Below are positions 52,959-62,759 of a stretch of 64,000 nt of DNA, in pieces. The stretch's first letter is position 1; each line of letters opens with the position of its first letter. The notes beneath the pieces were generated by a model, which was not told the DNA's origin, did no database searches, and was given only the letters and a program-made list of their open reading frames with translations. Made by a program: the position numbers and the translations under genes. The stretch is from a virus, in IMG/VR virus record IMGVR_UViG_3300031452_000002. The stretch is one strand, 5' to 3'.

Positions 52959-53786
52959 CTATGCTGCCATCGCACGGGGACGCATAATTGCCGCCATGGT
53001 AGGGCAATTGCTGCAACTGCGTCCCATTTGCCAAATTTCAGTAAGAGGATCGCGTGAATCGTTAACTTTAGCCATTTCGGACACGCAGCGCGTCCCGTGC
53101 GTGTCCATTTCGGTACTCAGTTTCGACAGCCTACACCACCAGCGCCGCCCGTCAAGGATGTTTTCAGGAACGAGGTATACAAGGTCTACCTTTGGGCCGT
53201 ACTTGTCGTTGGCAATGCGCAACTGCGCCCAAGCGTTGAGGCGGAATCCCATATCCATTGAAGACCATGGGATGTCATCAATGCCACTCTTATAGTCGAG
53301 GATGACGGTGCGTCCGCCTCTCCGGTGGCCTACGAGGTCAAAACGAGTGCTGACACGTTGCTGGCTATGGTCGTCGTGGGTGAGGGTGACGCCATGCATC
53401 ACCTCGGCAGCGGTGATGGTGACGCCATGTTCCACAAGGAACTCCATCATGCCCGACAGAGCGAGCCTTTGGCGGTTCCAAAAATCGGGTCTGTTTAACT
53501 CGAACGGCAACGACACATCGCGCATGATAACGTGGGGGAACGGGAACGTCCCGCCACTGCGTAGAGTGGCCTTAGCCACCAGTTCCAGCGTCTTGTGGAT
53601 GGCCTTGCCTTCCGCACGCGCCCGTTCATAGGAAGGGGCGCTACCGAAGAGGTGTCCGTATGTGTCACGGAAAGCGGGCACGTATTGTTTGGCCCAACAG
53701 TAGGGGCAGTAGACGAACTCCTTACACTGGCTAGCCCCGAACGATGGGCGAGACTGCGCGTGCAAACGGTACGGTAGTGATGTCAT
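52959..53786 (-). CDS. PD-(D/E)XK exonuclease (RecB/Cas4-like)
   Basis: FVYCP, GKAIH, RFDLV, ILDYKSG, C-terminal CSNCP. Confidence 0.75.
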   Translation of the reverse strand: MTSLPYRLHAQSRPSFGASQCKEFVYCPYCWAKQYVPAFRDTYGHLFGSAPSYERARAEGKAIHKTLELVAKATLRSGGTFPFPHVIMRDVSLPFELNRPDFWNRQRLALSGMMEFLVEHGVTITAAEVMHGVTLTHDDHSQQRVSTRFDLVGHRRGGRTVILDYKSGIDDIPWSSMDMGFRLNAWAQLRIANDKYGPKVDLVYLVPENILDGRRWWCRLSKLSTEMDTHGTRCVSEMAKVNDSRDPLTEIWQMGRSCSNCPTMAAIMRPRAMAA

Positions 53787-54421
53787 TAATCTACCCTTCC
53801 TGTCAGGTCTGTCAGGCGGGTATCAATCCAATCTAGACTCTCCTCTAGGTCAATCAGTGCCACAAGCCGAATCCGCCCGAGACGAGTGCCGCTTTCCATC
53901 ATGATGTCCCATCCAGTCTCCCTTGCCACAGGGTTGCTATACGCGCGCAGTGTCGTCATCCCGTGAGATAACACGCTCAGGAGTGCTAAAAGGAAGGGTG
54001 AACCCACGGCACCTTGCGGCAATGACGTACTGTACATGATCGCGCCATTGTCCGTTTCCCATAGCAACAAAGGAAAGCCGGGTCTTACGAATGACATATT
54101 CCTGAACGTAGCCATCGCAGGTAGGAATTCTTCTTTAACGACACCACGAACTTTCAAAATTCTTTGTTTTATCTCCTCACAGTGGCGTTTCTCTAGATCA
54201 GCTTCACCAGCAGCTTGTGCGTAAAGGGACATAGAGGCTTTAATTGAGTCTGGGGCCACCCTTTCTATGTGCGCCCTGATGGCGTTTTCCGCGCACTGGG
54301 TCATGGAACTTCTCGTTCTTTTGGCGAACGTCTCTAATTGGTCTCGCAGGTAGATGGGTATTTCGATACTGGTTTTGAACTTACTACGTGGCATGATAAG
54401 TTTTCCTGCATCACTAACCAT
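53786..54421 (-). CDS. RHH-domain protein with uncharacterised C-terminal domain
   Basis: KTSIEIPIYLRDQLETFAKRTRSSMTQCAENAI; TAATG-coupled to the nuclease. Confidence 0.6.
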   Translation of the reverse strand: MVSDAGKLIMPRSKFKTSIEIPIYLRDQLETFAKRTRSSMTQCAENAIRAHIERVAPDSIKASMSLYAQAAGEADLEKRHCEEIKQRILKVRGVVKEEFLPAMATFRNMSFVRPGFPLLLWETDNGAIMYSTSLPQGAVGSPFLLALLSVLSHGMTTLRAYSNPVARETGWDIMMESGTRLGRIRLVALIDLEESLDWIDTRLTDLTGRVD

Positions 54422-54434
54422 GGCTTATGTTAGG

Positions 54435-54464
54435 ATGATAGACTGCACTCCATTCGCGCGTCAA
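54435..54464 (-). promoter_or_regulatory. sigma70-type promoter for the RHH-nuclease cassette
   Basis: TTGACG-18 bp-TATCAT. Confidence 0.55.
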
Positions 54465-54855
54465 GGCTTTGCACGAGTACTACACGAGTCGATGGGCGTG
54501 CGGCGGTCGAGTTGCGCCTAGAACAGCACAGCGATGTCCTGGAGCAAGGCCGCCGTCAAACGGCTACGCGACAAAGCGGCGCATCATCGCGCCGAAGCGG
54601 AACGGCATGCGGAACTGCACAAAGCGGGCAGGGGCGCTGTTCGTTAAACGTCCATGCTCACAGCCCTGCACAGGCGGCTATAGCGCACCTATCACTGCAC
54701 GGTAGGAGTCGCCATGTCCAACGATCATAGCGACTCAAAAAGCGTTGGTTATGAGGTTTTATAGGGGTAAAAGTGGTAAAATAAAGGCAGAGCGTTAGGC
54801 GCTATCAACACCTAACGCTCCTAGACGACAACGCTAGTTCAGGAGCGATGACGCC

Positions 54856-55590
54856 ATGCCTCTAGTATACCCCCTCGACTTCTCTGCCCATCTTCCCTCT
54901 GAGCAACCCTTCGCTGACGCTGTTGCTATTTATGGATTGGATGATCCGCGTAGCGGTGAGTTGCGTTACATCGGTAAAACAAAGAACCCTGCACATCGCC
55001 TCTACCAACATGTGAAACCCGCGCATCTACACCGACATACCCATCGTTCCCACTTCATTACATCGGTTGTCGAAGCGGGATTAATGCCCATTATGCGTAT
55101 CTTGGCTTGGGTCCATGTGGACGAATGGATGGCGGCTGAACGTTTTTATATCGCTGAAGCGCGGCGACTAGGCTATCGCCTCGTTAACACAACTGATGGC
55201 GGTCAGGGGACCAACGGGATAAAACCTACCCCGGAGTTTCGTGCAAAAGTATCAGCGACGCTAAAGGGCCATCCTGTTTTACCGGGGACGCGGTTGAAGA
55301 TGGGCGCTGCTGCACGAGCGCGTTGGGCACGTATGACGGCAGTGGAACGAGCTAAAGCTGTTGCCGATGCCCGTCAAGCAAACGCACTATCGGTGCAGGC
55401 TAAATACGCTCAGCAAGGTCTAACGCTTGATGAAATAGAGGGGCGCATTGCCAAGCGGGATGCCCCTAAGCGTCCCAAGTCCGGCTTTCACCTGACACCC
55501 GAACACAAGGCAAAGATAGGCGCGGCAAATAGCGCCACGCATCGAATGAAAGTGGCTACTCCACATTCAGGGCAATTGCCGTTGTTCTAG
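54856..55590 (+). CDS. GIY-YIG homing endonuclease-like protein with NUMOD3-like repeats
   Basis: AIYGLDDP...RYIGKT...RLYQH, AERFYI, LVNTTDGG; TPEFRAKVS, TPEHKAKIG. Confidence 0.8.
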   Translation: MPLVYPLDFSAHLPSEQPFADAVAIYGLDDPRSGELRYIGKTKNPAHRLYQHVKPAHLHRHTHRSHFITSVVEAGLMPIMRILAWVHVDEWMAAERFYIAEARRLGYRLVNTTDGGQGTNGIKPTPEFRAKVSATLKGHPVLPGTRLKMGAAARARWARMTAVERAKAVADARQANALSVQAKYAQQGLTLDEIEGRIAKRDAPKRPKSGFHLTPEHKAKIGAANSATHRMKVATPHSGQLPLF

Positions 55591-55613
55591 CATCCGGTAG
55601 TGATCGGATAACA

Positions 55614-55653
55614 CAGGGCGATAAATCCGCATGCATGCGGATTTATCGCCCTG
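55614..55653. repeat. 40-bp perfect palindrome with no spacer
   Basis: CAGGGCGATAAATCCGCATG|CATGCGGATTTATCGCCCTG. Confidence 0.9.
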
Positions 55654-55675
55654 CGTGCATATGGGGGGGGTGACC

Positions 55676-58198
55676 ATGCCGACACCCAATTCCGAGCAAG
55701 CGCAGGATACCGATGCGTCATCAATAGACCCTGAGAAAAGCTTGGGGCAAGGTGGGTTAGCACCTGACCTGATGGCTGAACACCTGGCGTCGATGTATCC
55801 CGGCCTGGGTATCACCGACGAAACAACGCTGTACGACTACTTGGAGCAGCACGAGCGCGACCGCAAGGGTGGCTATGCCCCGACTGGATTGCGTGAGGCC
55901 GTAGGGATCGCCCCTGCCGATGGTATAGACGGGGATGACGGGGGCGCCATGCTATCCACTCCATTGAGCGAGGCGCTGTCGGCAGAGGAACGCGATAAGC
56001 TCGGCGACGATCAGTTCGCCATCCCGTATGCGCGCCAGCTCCCTATGCCCGATGCCACTCACGCGCGCCTCGCGTGGTCGATGCTGTCCCGCACGGAGGG
56101 CCTATCCCACGCCGAGAAGCGCCAAGCGAAAGTGCGCATCCTCGCGGCGCTCGAAAAGTTCGGCGTCGATACCACCGACTTCGACGCGCACGACGACATG
56201 CGGCGCCACAAAGACAAAGACGACGCGACGCGCATGCCGCTGACGCACGACACACACAGGACCGCCGGGATGCGTGAGGCGTTCGGCGACACGTCGGGCG
56301 GCGCATCCGACGGGGGAGACGGCACGATGTACAACCCGCCCACCAAGGCGAAGGCCAACGCGCGCGCCGGCCTCAACTGGCATGACCAGTTAGGCCACGG
56401 CGACGACGACGCGGTGGAGATGGCCCATAAGATCGCCGGCCATGCCCGCCACGACCCGCTTGATGACGACGACATCGACGCCATCAAGACGTACCACAAA
56501 GGGCACAAAGAGGATCGCGACGCCTCGCCTGATGAGCGGCGCCCCTCCGCTGGTCGTGTCGGCTACCTCCTGTACGGAGGATCGCCCATGGCCGCCTACG
56601 CCAACGACCCAGACCACGACGGCGACACCGACACGCCGGGAGCGCCGGACACGGACGCCCCGGCCGCGCCGGCGGCTTTGACGGCCTCGACGGGCGGACG
56701 TGCCCCCCTGGCCGAAGCCGCTCTCGCGGAGGCCGCGCTACCCGCATCCAGTGTCGCGGACGCGCCCGCGACGCACCATGGCGACGGGAGCGACGGAAAC
56801 GACGACAGGCTGGACATCCATGCGACGGGGGCGATGGCCCCATCGTCGTTGCGCGAAGCGGCGACCAACGTGGTGCGCCATGTGGACCGCACGCACCGCG
56901 ACATGGAGGTCCGCATCATCTCACCCGGTTTCGGCGCGTCACGGCACGGTGGTCTACCCGTCTACTACACCGAGGCGGCCCTGAAGCCGGCGGCCCCGAA
57001 GTTCAAGGGCCTGAAGTGCTACCTGAACCACCCCACGGCCACGGAGCGGCGGGAACGCCCCGAGCGCGACGTGACCAAATGGGCGGCGACGATGCGTGAG
57101 TCCTGGTGGGACCCCCAGACCAACGAGGTGCGCGGCGTCATGCGCGCCTACGACCCGTGGCTGATCGACCGCGCCGCCGCCGCGCCCGATGAGTTGGCCC
57201 TCTCCATCGACACCAAGGGCATGGTGGCCCACGGTACCGTGGGCGGGCGCAAGGCCGCCATCGTGGAGTCCATCGACACGTTCGGCAGCGTGGATATCGT
57301 CACCGAACCGGGCGCGCGCGGTGGCGTGGTCCGCTTGCTGGAGTCGCGGCGCGTGGCGCTCAACGACCCAGCCACCGTGGCGTCTGGCGACGGGGCCGAC
57401 AATGCCACGGACCACAACACGGATAACGACACGGCCCGTGTCGTCTTTAGCGAGGCCGAGAGGCACGAGGTACGAACTGAGATGTTGGAGCAAGTCACCC
57501 TGACCGACCTGCGCGAGGCGCGCGGGGACATCGTGGCCGAGATCGAGCGCGCCGCCGCCGAGAAGGCCGCCACGGACACCGAAGCGCGCGTCCGCACCGA
57601 GTTGCGCGAGGCCGCCGACCACGACAAGCAGACCGCCCTCTCCGTCGAGACGGCGCGGCAGACCGACCTGATCGAGGCGATGCGCAAGGAATACGAGGAT
57701 CGCCTGTACACGATGGAGCGTGACCTCAACGTGCGCGACACGCGCACGCTGGTCGAGCGCGCTGTCGGCGCGACCGCGCTGCCCGAGGCCGCCGAGCGGC
57801 GCGTGCTGGCACAGTTCACCGAGGCGACATGCGGCTTCGGCGAGTACGCCACGTTCGCCACGCCGGAGGACCTGACGGCTCAGGTCCAGGCCGCCGCCGA
57901 GGCCGAGAAGGCGTACATCAAGAGTGTCGCCGGTCCCACCTCTGTCATCCGGGGCATGGGCGCCGCGTCCACGGGCGCGCCGACCGGCCTGACCGAGGCC
58001 GCCAGTGGTCCGCTCACCGCGCTGCGTGAGGCCAACGCGCGCCTGGACGACTACATCGCCAAGGTCCCGACCGCACGCGCCTCCGCCATGGGCGGACAGG
58101 GCGCACCTGTAATCGAGACGTCGGTCGGGACGGGGACGGTCGGCCAGGTCGCCGCTGCCGCGACCAAGCGCCTCGACGCCATTCTGGGGGCCGCGTAG
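55676..58198 (+). CDS. Prohead protease/scaffold fusion with N-terminal accessory domains
   Basis: Protease-like YYTEAAL...YLNHP...ALSID...SVDIVTEPG; helical scaffold C terminus; precedes capsid. Confidence 0.75.
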   Translation: MPTPNSEQAQDTDASSIDPEKSLGQGGLAPDLMAEHLASMYPGLGITDETTLYDYLEQHERDRKGGYAPTGLREAVGIAPADGIDGDDGGAMLSTPLSEALSAEERDKLGDDQFAIPYARQLPMPDATHARLAWSMLSRTEGLSHAEKRQAKVRILAALEKFGVDTTDFDAHDDMRRHKDKDDATRMPLTHDTHRTAGMREAFGDTSGGASDGGDGTMYNPPTKAKANARAGLNWHDQLGHGDDDAVEMAHKIAGHARHDPLDDDDIDAIKTYHKGHKEDRDASPDERRPSAGRVGYLLYGGSPMAAYANDPDHDGDTDTPGAPDTDAPAAPAALTASTGGRAPLAEAALAEAALPASSVADAPATHHGDGSDGNDDRLDIHATGAMAPSSLREAATNVVRHVDRTHRDMEVRIISPGFGASRHGGLPVYYTEAALKPAAPKFKGLKCYLNHPTATERRERPERDVTKWAATMRESWWDPQTNEVRGVMRAYDPWLIDRAAAAPDELALSIDTKGMVAHGTVGGRKAAIVESIDTFGSVDIVTEPGARGGVVRLLESRRVALNDPATVASGDGADNATDHNTDNDTARVVFSEAERHEVRTEMLEQVTLTDLREARGDIVAEIERAAAEKAATDTEARVRTELREAADHDKQTALSVETARQTDLIEAMRKEYEDRLYTMERDLNVRDTRTLVERAVGATALPEAAERRVLAQFTEATCGFGEYATFATPEDLTAQVQAAAEAEKAYIKSVAGPTSVIRGMGAASTGAPTGLTEAASGPLTALREANARLDDYIAKVPTARASAMGGQGAPVIETSVGTGTVGQVAAAATKRLDAILGAA

Positions 58199-58936
58199 AT
58201 GGCCCGCCAGGCATCGACCACATCCACCGCATCGACCGCGCCCACGCCGCGCAAAAGTGGCGGCGCTCGTCGGGGTGACGCGCTGATTGAGGCGCGGCAG
58301 ATCATCCCCAGTCACCGCGCTGCCCAAGCGTCGGCAACCGCTGTGTTGGACGTGCCGGAACCCCTGACGCGCGCCGATGAGGCGCGTATTCAACGCGAGC
58401 AGCAGACGCTGGATCGCGCGGACACGCTGGCCCCCGACCGCACGCTCGACCGCGACCTGGCGCACCTAGCCGATCCGTTGGCGGGCAAGCGGACGGCGCC
58501 CGCGCGTCGTCGCCATCCCGACGAGGTGGGGTTGGTGTATCGCGGCAAGCGGCAGGGCATGTTGCACGACCAGGATATCGACATCCTCGTGCCGGACGAG
58601 GACAACGACGACAGGGTGGCCGAGTTCCAGGCCGTCATCCCTGGTATGGATGAGGACAGCCAGCACGAGGCGTGGGCCGCACGCGCCGAGAAGACGCGCG
58701 CCACGGGCAAAGAGCCTGCGCCGTACGTCCCGGTGCGCGAACGGTTGACCATCTCGGGCATCCCCTACCACTTCAAACTGGGTCAGACGACACTCGTTCA
58801 CGAGGACGACGTGGACTATGTGCTCTCCTATCCCGCCTACCGCATCGAGCGCGCCACCGACCTCTCCACCTCCGACGTGCTGCCGCACGAGCGGACGCGG
58901 GGCGTGGTGACGCCGGGCGCGCGGAGGGCACGCTGA
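58199..58936 (+). CDS. Head-region hypothetical protein
   Basis: Starts right after the scaffold stop codon. Confidence 0.6.
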   Translation: MARQASTTSTASTAPTPRKSGGARRGDALIEARQIIPSHRAAQASATAVLDVPEPLTRADEARIQREQQTLDRADTLAPDRTLDRDLAHLADPLAGKRTAPARRRHPDEVGLVYRGKRQGMLHDQDIDILVPDEDNDDRVAEFQAVIPGMDEDSQHEAWAARAEKTRATGKEPAPYVPVRERLTISGIPYHFKLGQTTLVHEDDVDYVLSYPAYRIERATDLSTSDVLPHERTRGVVTPGARRAR

Positions 58937-59694
58937 TGCCACGCGCCGCGAAAGATACATCCTCTGTGCTGGTCCTGGGCGATGAAAGCGCGGTCACGCC
59001 CGCCATCAGGCCCGACCCTATCACGGCGACGACGACGATCCTCCCACCCGACGTTCTTGTCGCGCCGGATGGATTGCCGTTGACATCATTGGCCGGCGAC
59101 GCGCCGGATGGCCTGCCGCTCACGTCGCTAACCGACGACACGCCGGTTTCACTAGCGCTTGACGCGCCTCTCTTGACGCCCCCGCCCGACGCGGTGGAGG
59201 CGTCCGTACCCCCCGAGGAACCGACCATGCCCGAGACCACACCGTACGACGCTTTGTCGGCCAAGGAGAAGGCGGCTCAGACGCCCAAGGACCTGGCCGA
59301 GGCCAACCGGGGCGCCGTCGCCCCGCGTCCCTACGCCGAACACAATGAGTCCCCACGCGGCGACGAAACGTCCGAACGCGGCCTTGAGACCCGCGGCCCT
59401 GACGCCCTGGGCATCCTCTCGCCCAACGGCCCCGGCGCCGCGCGCATCCCCGTTGAGGGCGAGACGCCGGTGTACGACGGCTACGGCCGCACGTTCGCCG
59501 AGGGCGAGTCGACCGCGCTGGTGACGTTCGCGGGCGGCAAGTCCCGCTATATGGGCGACAACATCGACCAGATCCACCCCGACTCGCAGCGCACCTACCA
59601 CTTTACGGCCGGGCATCCCACGCGGGTCCACGCCGACGACGCTCCCTTCTTCTTGGAGCACGACACATTGGCCTTCACGAAGGCTGAGGAGTAG
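58936..59694 (+). CDS. Head-region hypothetical protein
   Basis: TGATG overlap; C-terminal motif shared with the previous gene. Confidence 0.6.
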   Translation: MPRAAKDTSSVLVLGDESAVTPAIRPDPITATTTILPPDVLVAPDGLPLTSLAGDAPDGLPLTSLTDDTPVSLALDAPLLTPPPDAVEASVPPEEPTMPETTPYDALSAKEKAAQTPKDLAEANRGAVAPRPYAEHNESPRGDETSERGLETRGPDALGILSPNGPGAARIPVEGETPVYDGYGRTFAEGESTALVTFAGGKSRYMGDNIDQIHPDSQRTYHFTAGHPTRVHADDAPFFLEHDTLAFTKAEE

Positions 59695-59699
59695 CCGCC

Positions 59700-60083
59700 A
59701 TGGCACGTAGTATCCTCCGTAGTTCGGGCAACCGGACGGTTATTCCCGCCGTCGCGGCGGCCCACAACGTCGGCGACCTTGTCATTGAGAAGCGCATGGC
59801 GGGGATGGTGGAAACCACGGTGGCGCTGGGCGCCACGACCACCATCATCATCGCCGGGGCCATCGGTCTCGTGACGGTGCCCGTCGGCATGAACCAGGGC
59901 GATCCCGTGTACGCGGTCGGCGCGTCGCCCATCGCGGCCGGTACGCTCTTGGCGAACCAGAACGCTGCGACCGGCCTCGCGGCCGTGGCTACGGGCAACA
60001 CGCTCATCGGCCAACTGCTCGACCAGCCGACGGGGGCCAACCAGTCGCGTATCCTGCTCTTCCCCCAGTCCGGTCCCAAGTAG
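59700..60083 (+). CDS. Capsid cement/decoration protein (DUF2190-like)
   Basis: GDLV...QGDPVY; position before the major capsid gene. Confidence 0.6.
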   Translation: MARSILRSSGNRTVIPAVAAAHNVGDLVIEKRMAGMVETTVALGATTTIIIAGAIGLVTVPVGMNQGDPVYAVGASPIAAGTLLANQNAATGLAAVATGNTLIGQLLDQPTGANQSRILLFPQSGPK

Positions 60084-60292
60084 GACCACCGGACCTGCGC
60101 GGGTAAATGTGCCGCGCCCCCTCGCACCCCCATGACGACCCCTTTTTCGCTTTCGCTGTTCCTCTGTCGTAGCCCGCGCCCGTGCGCCGGGCCTGTTTCC
60201 CCTCGCGCACGGGCGCCTGTCCATCGGGCGGCGCTCCCCCCTGTCGCCCCATTGAGATTGAGGGGCGCCGTATCCTCTCAGGAGACACGTCT

Positions 60293-61420
60293 ATGCCGCG
60301 TCATTCCGGGCTGCTCGACCTCTGGGCAGCGTTCAAGGAGGCCCGCCTCGCGGCCGGCCTACCCGTCGTCGGGTCCTTCCCCGGCGAAAACCGCCTCGCG
60401 CCCCTGGCCGAGGCCGCCTACCAGTCCAATGGCGACCTCCAGGCCGCCGAGTTGACTGAGGCCGCCGTCCCCTCCGACTTCCCCAACGCCCTAGGCAACA
60501 CGCTGTACAAGCGCATCGTGCAGTGGGCCGGTCAGATCGCGCCCGAAGAGATGTGGCGCAAGTACATGGCCGAGGTTGAGAACATCGACTTCCGGCCCAA
60601 CAATCAGATCCTCGTCTCTGAGATGGAGGACCTGCTGCCCGTGCCCACCGGCATGGAGTACCAGGACTCCACCATGGGTGACGCGGTGTACCCCATCACC
60701 GTCGCCGTGTGGGGCCGGACGTTCAGCATCAACCGCGAGACCATCATCAACGACAACATCGGCGTCTTGTCGGATTTGCCGCAGAAGATGGCGCGCGCCG
60801 TATCCCGCACCAAGAACAAGCAGTTCGTGCGCGTCGGTCTGGAGGGGAACATCAACTCCTACGACGGGACGCCCGTGTTCTCGGCCGCCCACCGCAACCT
60901 CGCCACGGGCGCCGCGTCGGCCCTCAGTGGCACCAGCTTGCAGACGGCCATCTACAGCGTCCAGACGCAGACCGGCGACCCGAACCTGTTCCCGGACGGC
61001 GGCCCCATGCAAATGGAGCCCAAATACCTCGTCGTGCCCCCCGCGCTCCAGTTCGTCGCGCGCCAGTTGATCCAGTCGACGTTGGTGGTCGCCGCCGGCG
61101 GCGTCACGCCTGACATGACCTTCGGCAACATCAACCCGCTCAACAACTTGCTGGAGGTCGTGGTGGACCGCTGGCTCACCAGCCCCACCGCCTGGTTCGT
61201 CTTCACCGATCCCAACGAGGCCCCAGGATTCGCCACCGCTCACCTGCGCGGCAAACTCACCCCCGACCTCCTGCTCGAACGCCCTAATGTCGTAGACGTC
61301 ATGGGGGGCGCGGACGACCCTTATGAAATTTCCGTGGATCGCTTTTCATATAAGTGTCGTGACCAGTTTGGGGTAGCAGGTGCGGCCTTTTGGGGGGTCT
61401 ATAAAGGACAGGGCAGCTAG
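60293..61420 (+). CDS. Major capsid protein (Mu gpT-like)
   Basis: WGRTFSINRETIINDN, FSAAHRNL, PKYLVVPPAL, LTSPTAWFV; SD AGGAG. Confidence 0.85.
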   Translation: MPRHSGLLDLWAAFKEARLAAGLPVVGSFPGENRLAPLAEAAYQSNGDLQAAELTEAAVPSDFPNALGNTLYKRIVQWAGQIAPEEMWRKYMAEVENIDFRPNNQILVSEMEDLLPVPTGMEYQDSTMGDAVYPITVAVWGRTFSINRETIINDNIGVLSDLPQKMARAVSRTKNKQFVRVGLEGNINSYDGTPVFSAAHRNLATGAASALSGTSLQTAIYSVQTQTGDPNLFPDGGPMQMEPKYLVVPPALQFVARQLIQSTLVVAAGGVTPDMTFGNINPLNNLLEVVVDRWLTSPTAWFVFTDPNEAPGFATAHLRGKLTPDLLLERPNVVDVMGGADDPYEISVDRFSYKCRDQFGVAGAAFWGVYKGQGS

Positions 61421-61451
61421 TACTACTATCCAGTAGTACTAGCTGCCCTGT
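61408..61451. terminator. Perfect 20-bp hairpin between convergent capsid and HNH genes
   Basis: ACAGGGCAGCTAGTACTACT-ATCC-AGTAGTACTAGCTGCCCTGT; no clear U tract. Confidence 0.6.
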
Positions 61452-61478
61452 GGTGCGGGAATGGGCGTGTGCCTGGGG

Positions 61479-62759
61479 TTAGATGGTTGTGCGGGGTTTC
61501 CTCGCGCTGTGTCCCCTCACAAATCGGCGGTCGCGTCCATTCAAGCCGCGCTGCGAGAATGTGACGCCGCACCCGCACTCACACTCTACGGTAGGGTTAG
61601 GCTTGGGGTTAAGTCCATGTATCTCTCGGTGACATGAGTGTCCAATGCAAACCCCATTGTCCAAAATGTAGCGAGCAAAAGGATAGAGCGCATAATTCAG
61701 GATGTGGTGAGAGTTCGCACGATGCTCCCATGTGTCGCACGGCTCAAAGCACGCTTGGCAGATGTTCTCATCGCGTTTGAGAATTTGCTTGCGCCACGCC
61801 GCATAGCGTGGGTCATAGTAGCGATAGGCAAATTTGGCACGGCCATGTTTGTACCAAGGGTGTGCGGGGCCGGATATAAGCGTACCTCGCTCTCGTTTTG
61901 TTGCTATGGCTTTGCGGTGCGATGCGGGATCGTGCGGCCTGCCCGTGTGTGCTACGGCAATCTTGCGCCGTTGCTCTACGGGCATCACGTACCCTTTGTG
62001 CGCCTCACTCAACGTCGCTCTATGCTCCGACGATAAGGGGTGCCCCGTCAGCGCCGCGCTGATCTTCGCGCCCGTTCCCTCCGGTCGCACCATGCTCCGA
62101 TGCGCGTTGCCGATCTTGGCGCGCGTTTCTTCGCTGGCCGGTTCGCGCGTTTCCCATGCCTTGCTCAGGCTGGCCTTGTGCTCGTCGGTGAACGTCATAC
62201 CCGTGCGGACCTCGCTCAGGTACGCCTTCTCGGCCTCAGTCTTGGCGCGTGGCACGCACGAACGTTGACAATAGCGACCCTTGCCGATCTTGACGTTGGC
62301 AGTCTTCGCCCAGAACGTGTCGCCGCATGTCTCGCACACACGCTCCACCATGGGCGGTTTAGCGACCTTGCGACATGCCTTCGTGCAGTACAGCGGTTCG
62401 CCTGCGTCGATGGCGCGTTGCGTCGCGCTATACACCGTTTCGCAGACCTCGCACGGACGGTCGGCGCGCGGGAGCGGCACATGGACGCCGGCCCGTCGCG
62501 CCTCGTAGAAATGCTCTTTACGGCAGTACTGCCCCTCGTTGTTGAGCCAATTGGCGCGGGCGGTGGGGAAATGCTCGCCGCACCAGCCACACGTACAGTC
62601 GATGGTGTTGGCGGGGTCGGCCTTGCCAACGTCACGGGAGGCGTCGGAGCAGTAGCGCCGCCCACGTTCCGCATCAAGGCGCGATACCTCAAACGCGATG
62701 TGGCAAATGGGGCATTCCATGGGAATGCGAATAGCGCGTGTAGTACCATGGGGTTGCAT
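61479..62759 (-). CDS. HNH endonuclease with four Cys-rich zinc repeats and NUMOD3-like repeats
   Basis: CxxC...YC repeats; TDEHKASLS, SEETRAKIG, SSEHRATLS; RDENICQAC...SHHI...DNGVC...CHREIH. Confidence 0.85.
   Translation of the reverse strand: MQPHGTTRAIRIPMECPICHIAFEVSRLDAERGRRYCSDASRDVGKADPANTIDCTCGWCGEHFPTARANWLNNEGQYCRKEHFYEARRAGVHVPLPRADRPCEVCETVYSATQRAIDAGEPLYCTKACRKVAKPPMVERVCETCGDTFWAKTANVKIGKGRYCQRSCVPRAKTEAEKAYLSEVRTGMTFTDEHKASLSKAWETREPASEETRAKIGNAHRSMVRPEGTGAKISAALTGHPLSSEHRATLSEAHKGYVMPVEQRRKIAVAHTGRPHDPASHRKAIATKRERGTLISGPAHPWYKHGRAKFAYRYYDPRYAAWRKQILKRDENICQACFEPCDTWEHRANSHHILNYALYPFARYILDNGVCIGHSCHREIHGLNPKPNPTVECECGCGVTFSQRGLNGRDRRFVRGHSARKPRTTI

Noticed and set aside
52959-53786. 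Cas4 as evidence of a CRISPR-Cas locus
   Set aside because: No cas1/cas2 or array; stand-alone PD-(D/E)XK nucleases are common in phages.
54533-54646. 37-aa His-rich ORF MSWSKAAVKRLRDKAAHHRAEAERHAELHKAGRGAVR
   Set aside because: Plausible composition but weak SD and competing frames; not supportable without homologues.
56954-58465. 503-aa minus-strand ORF
   Set aside because: Antisense shadow of the GC-rich protease/scaffold gene; no motifs. The same applies to 15902-16945 and many other overlapping track ORFs.
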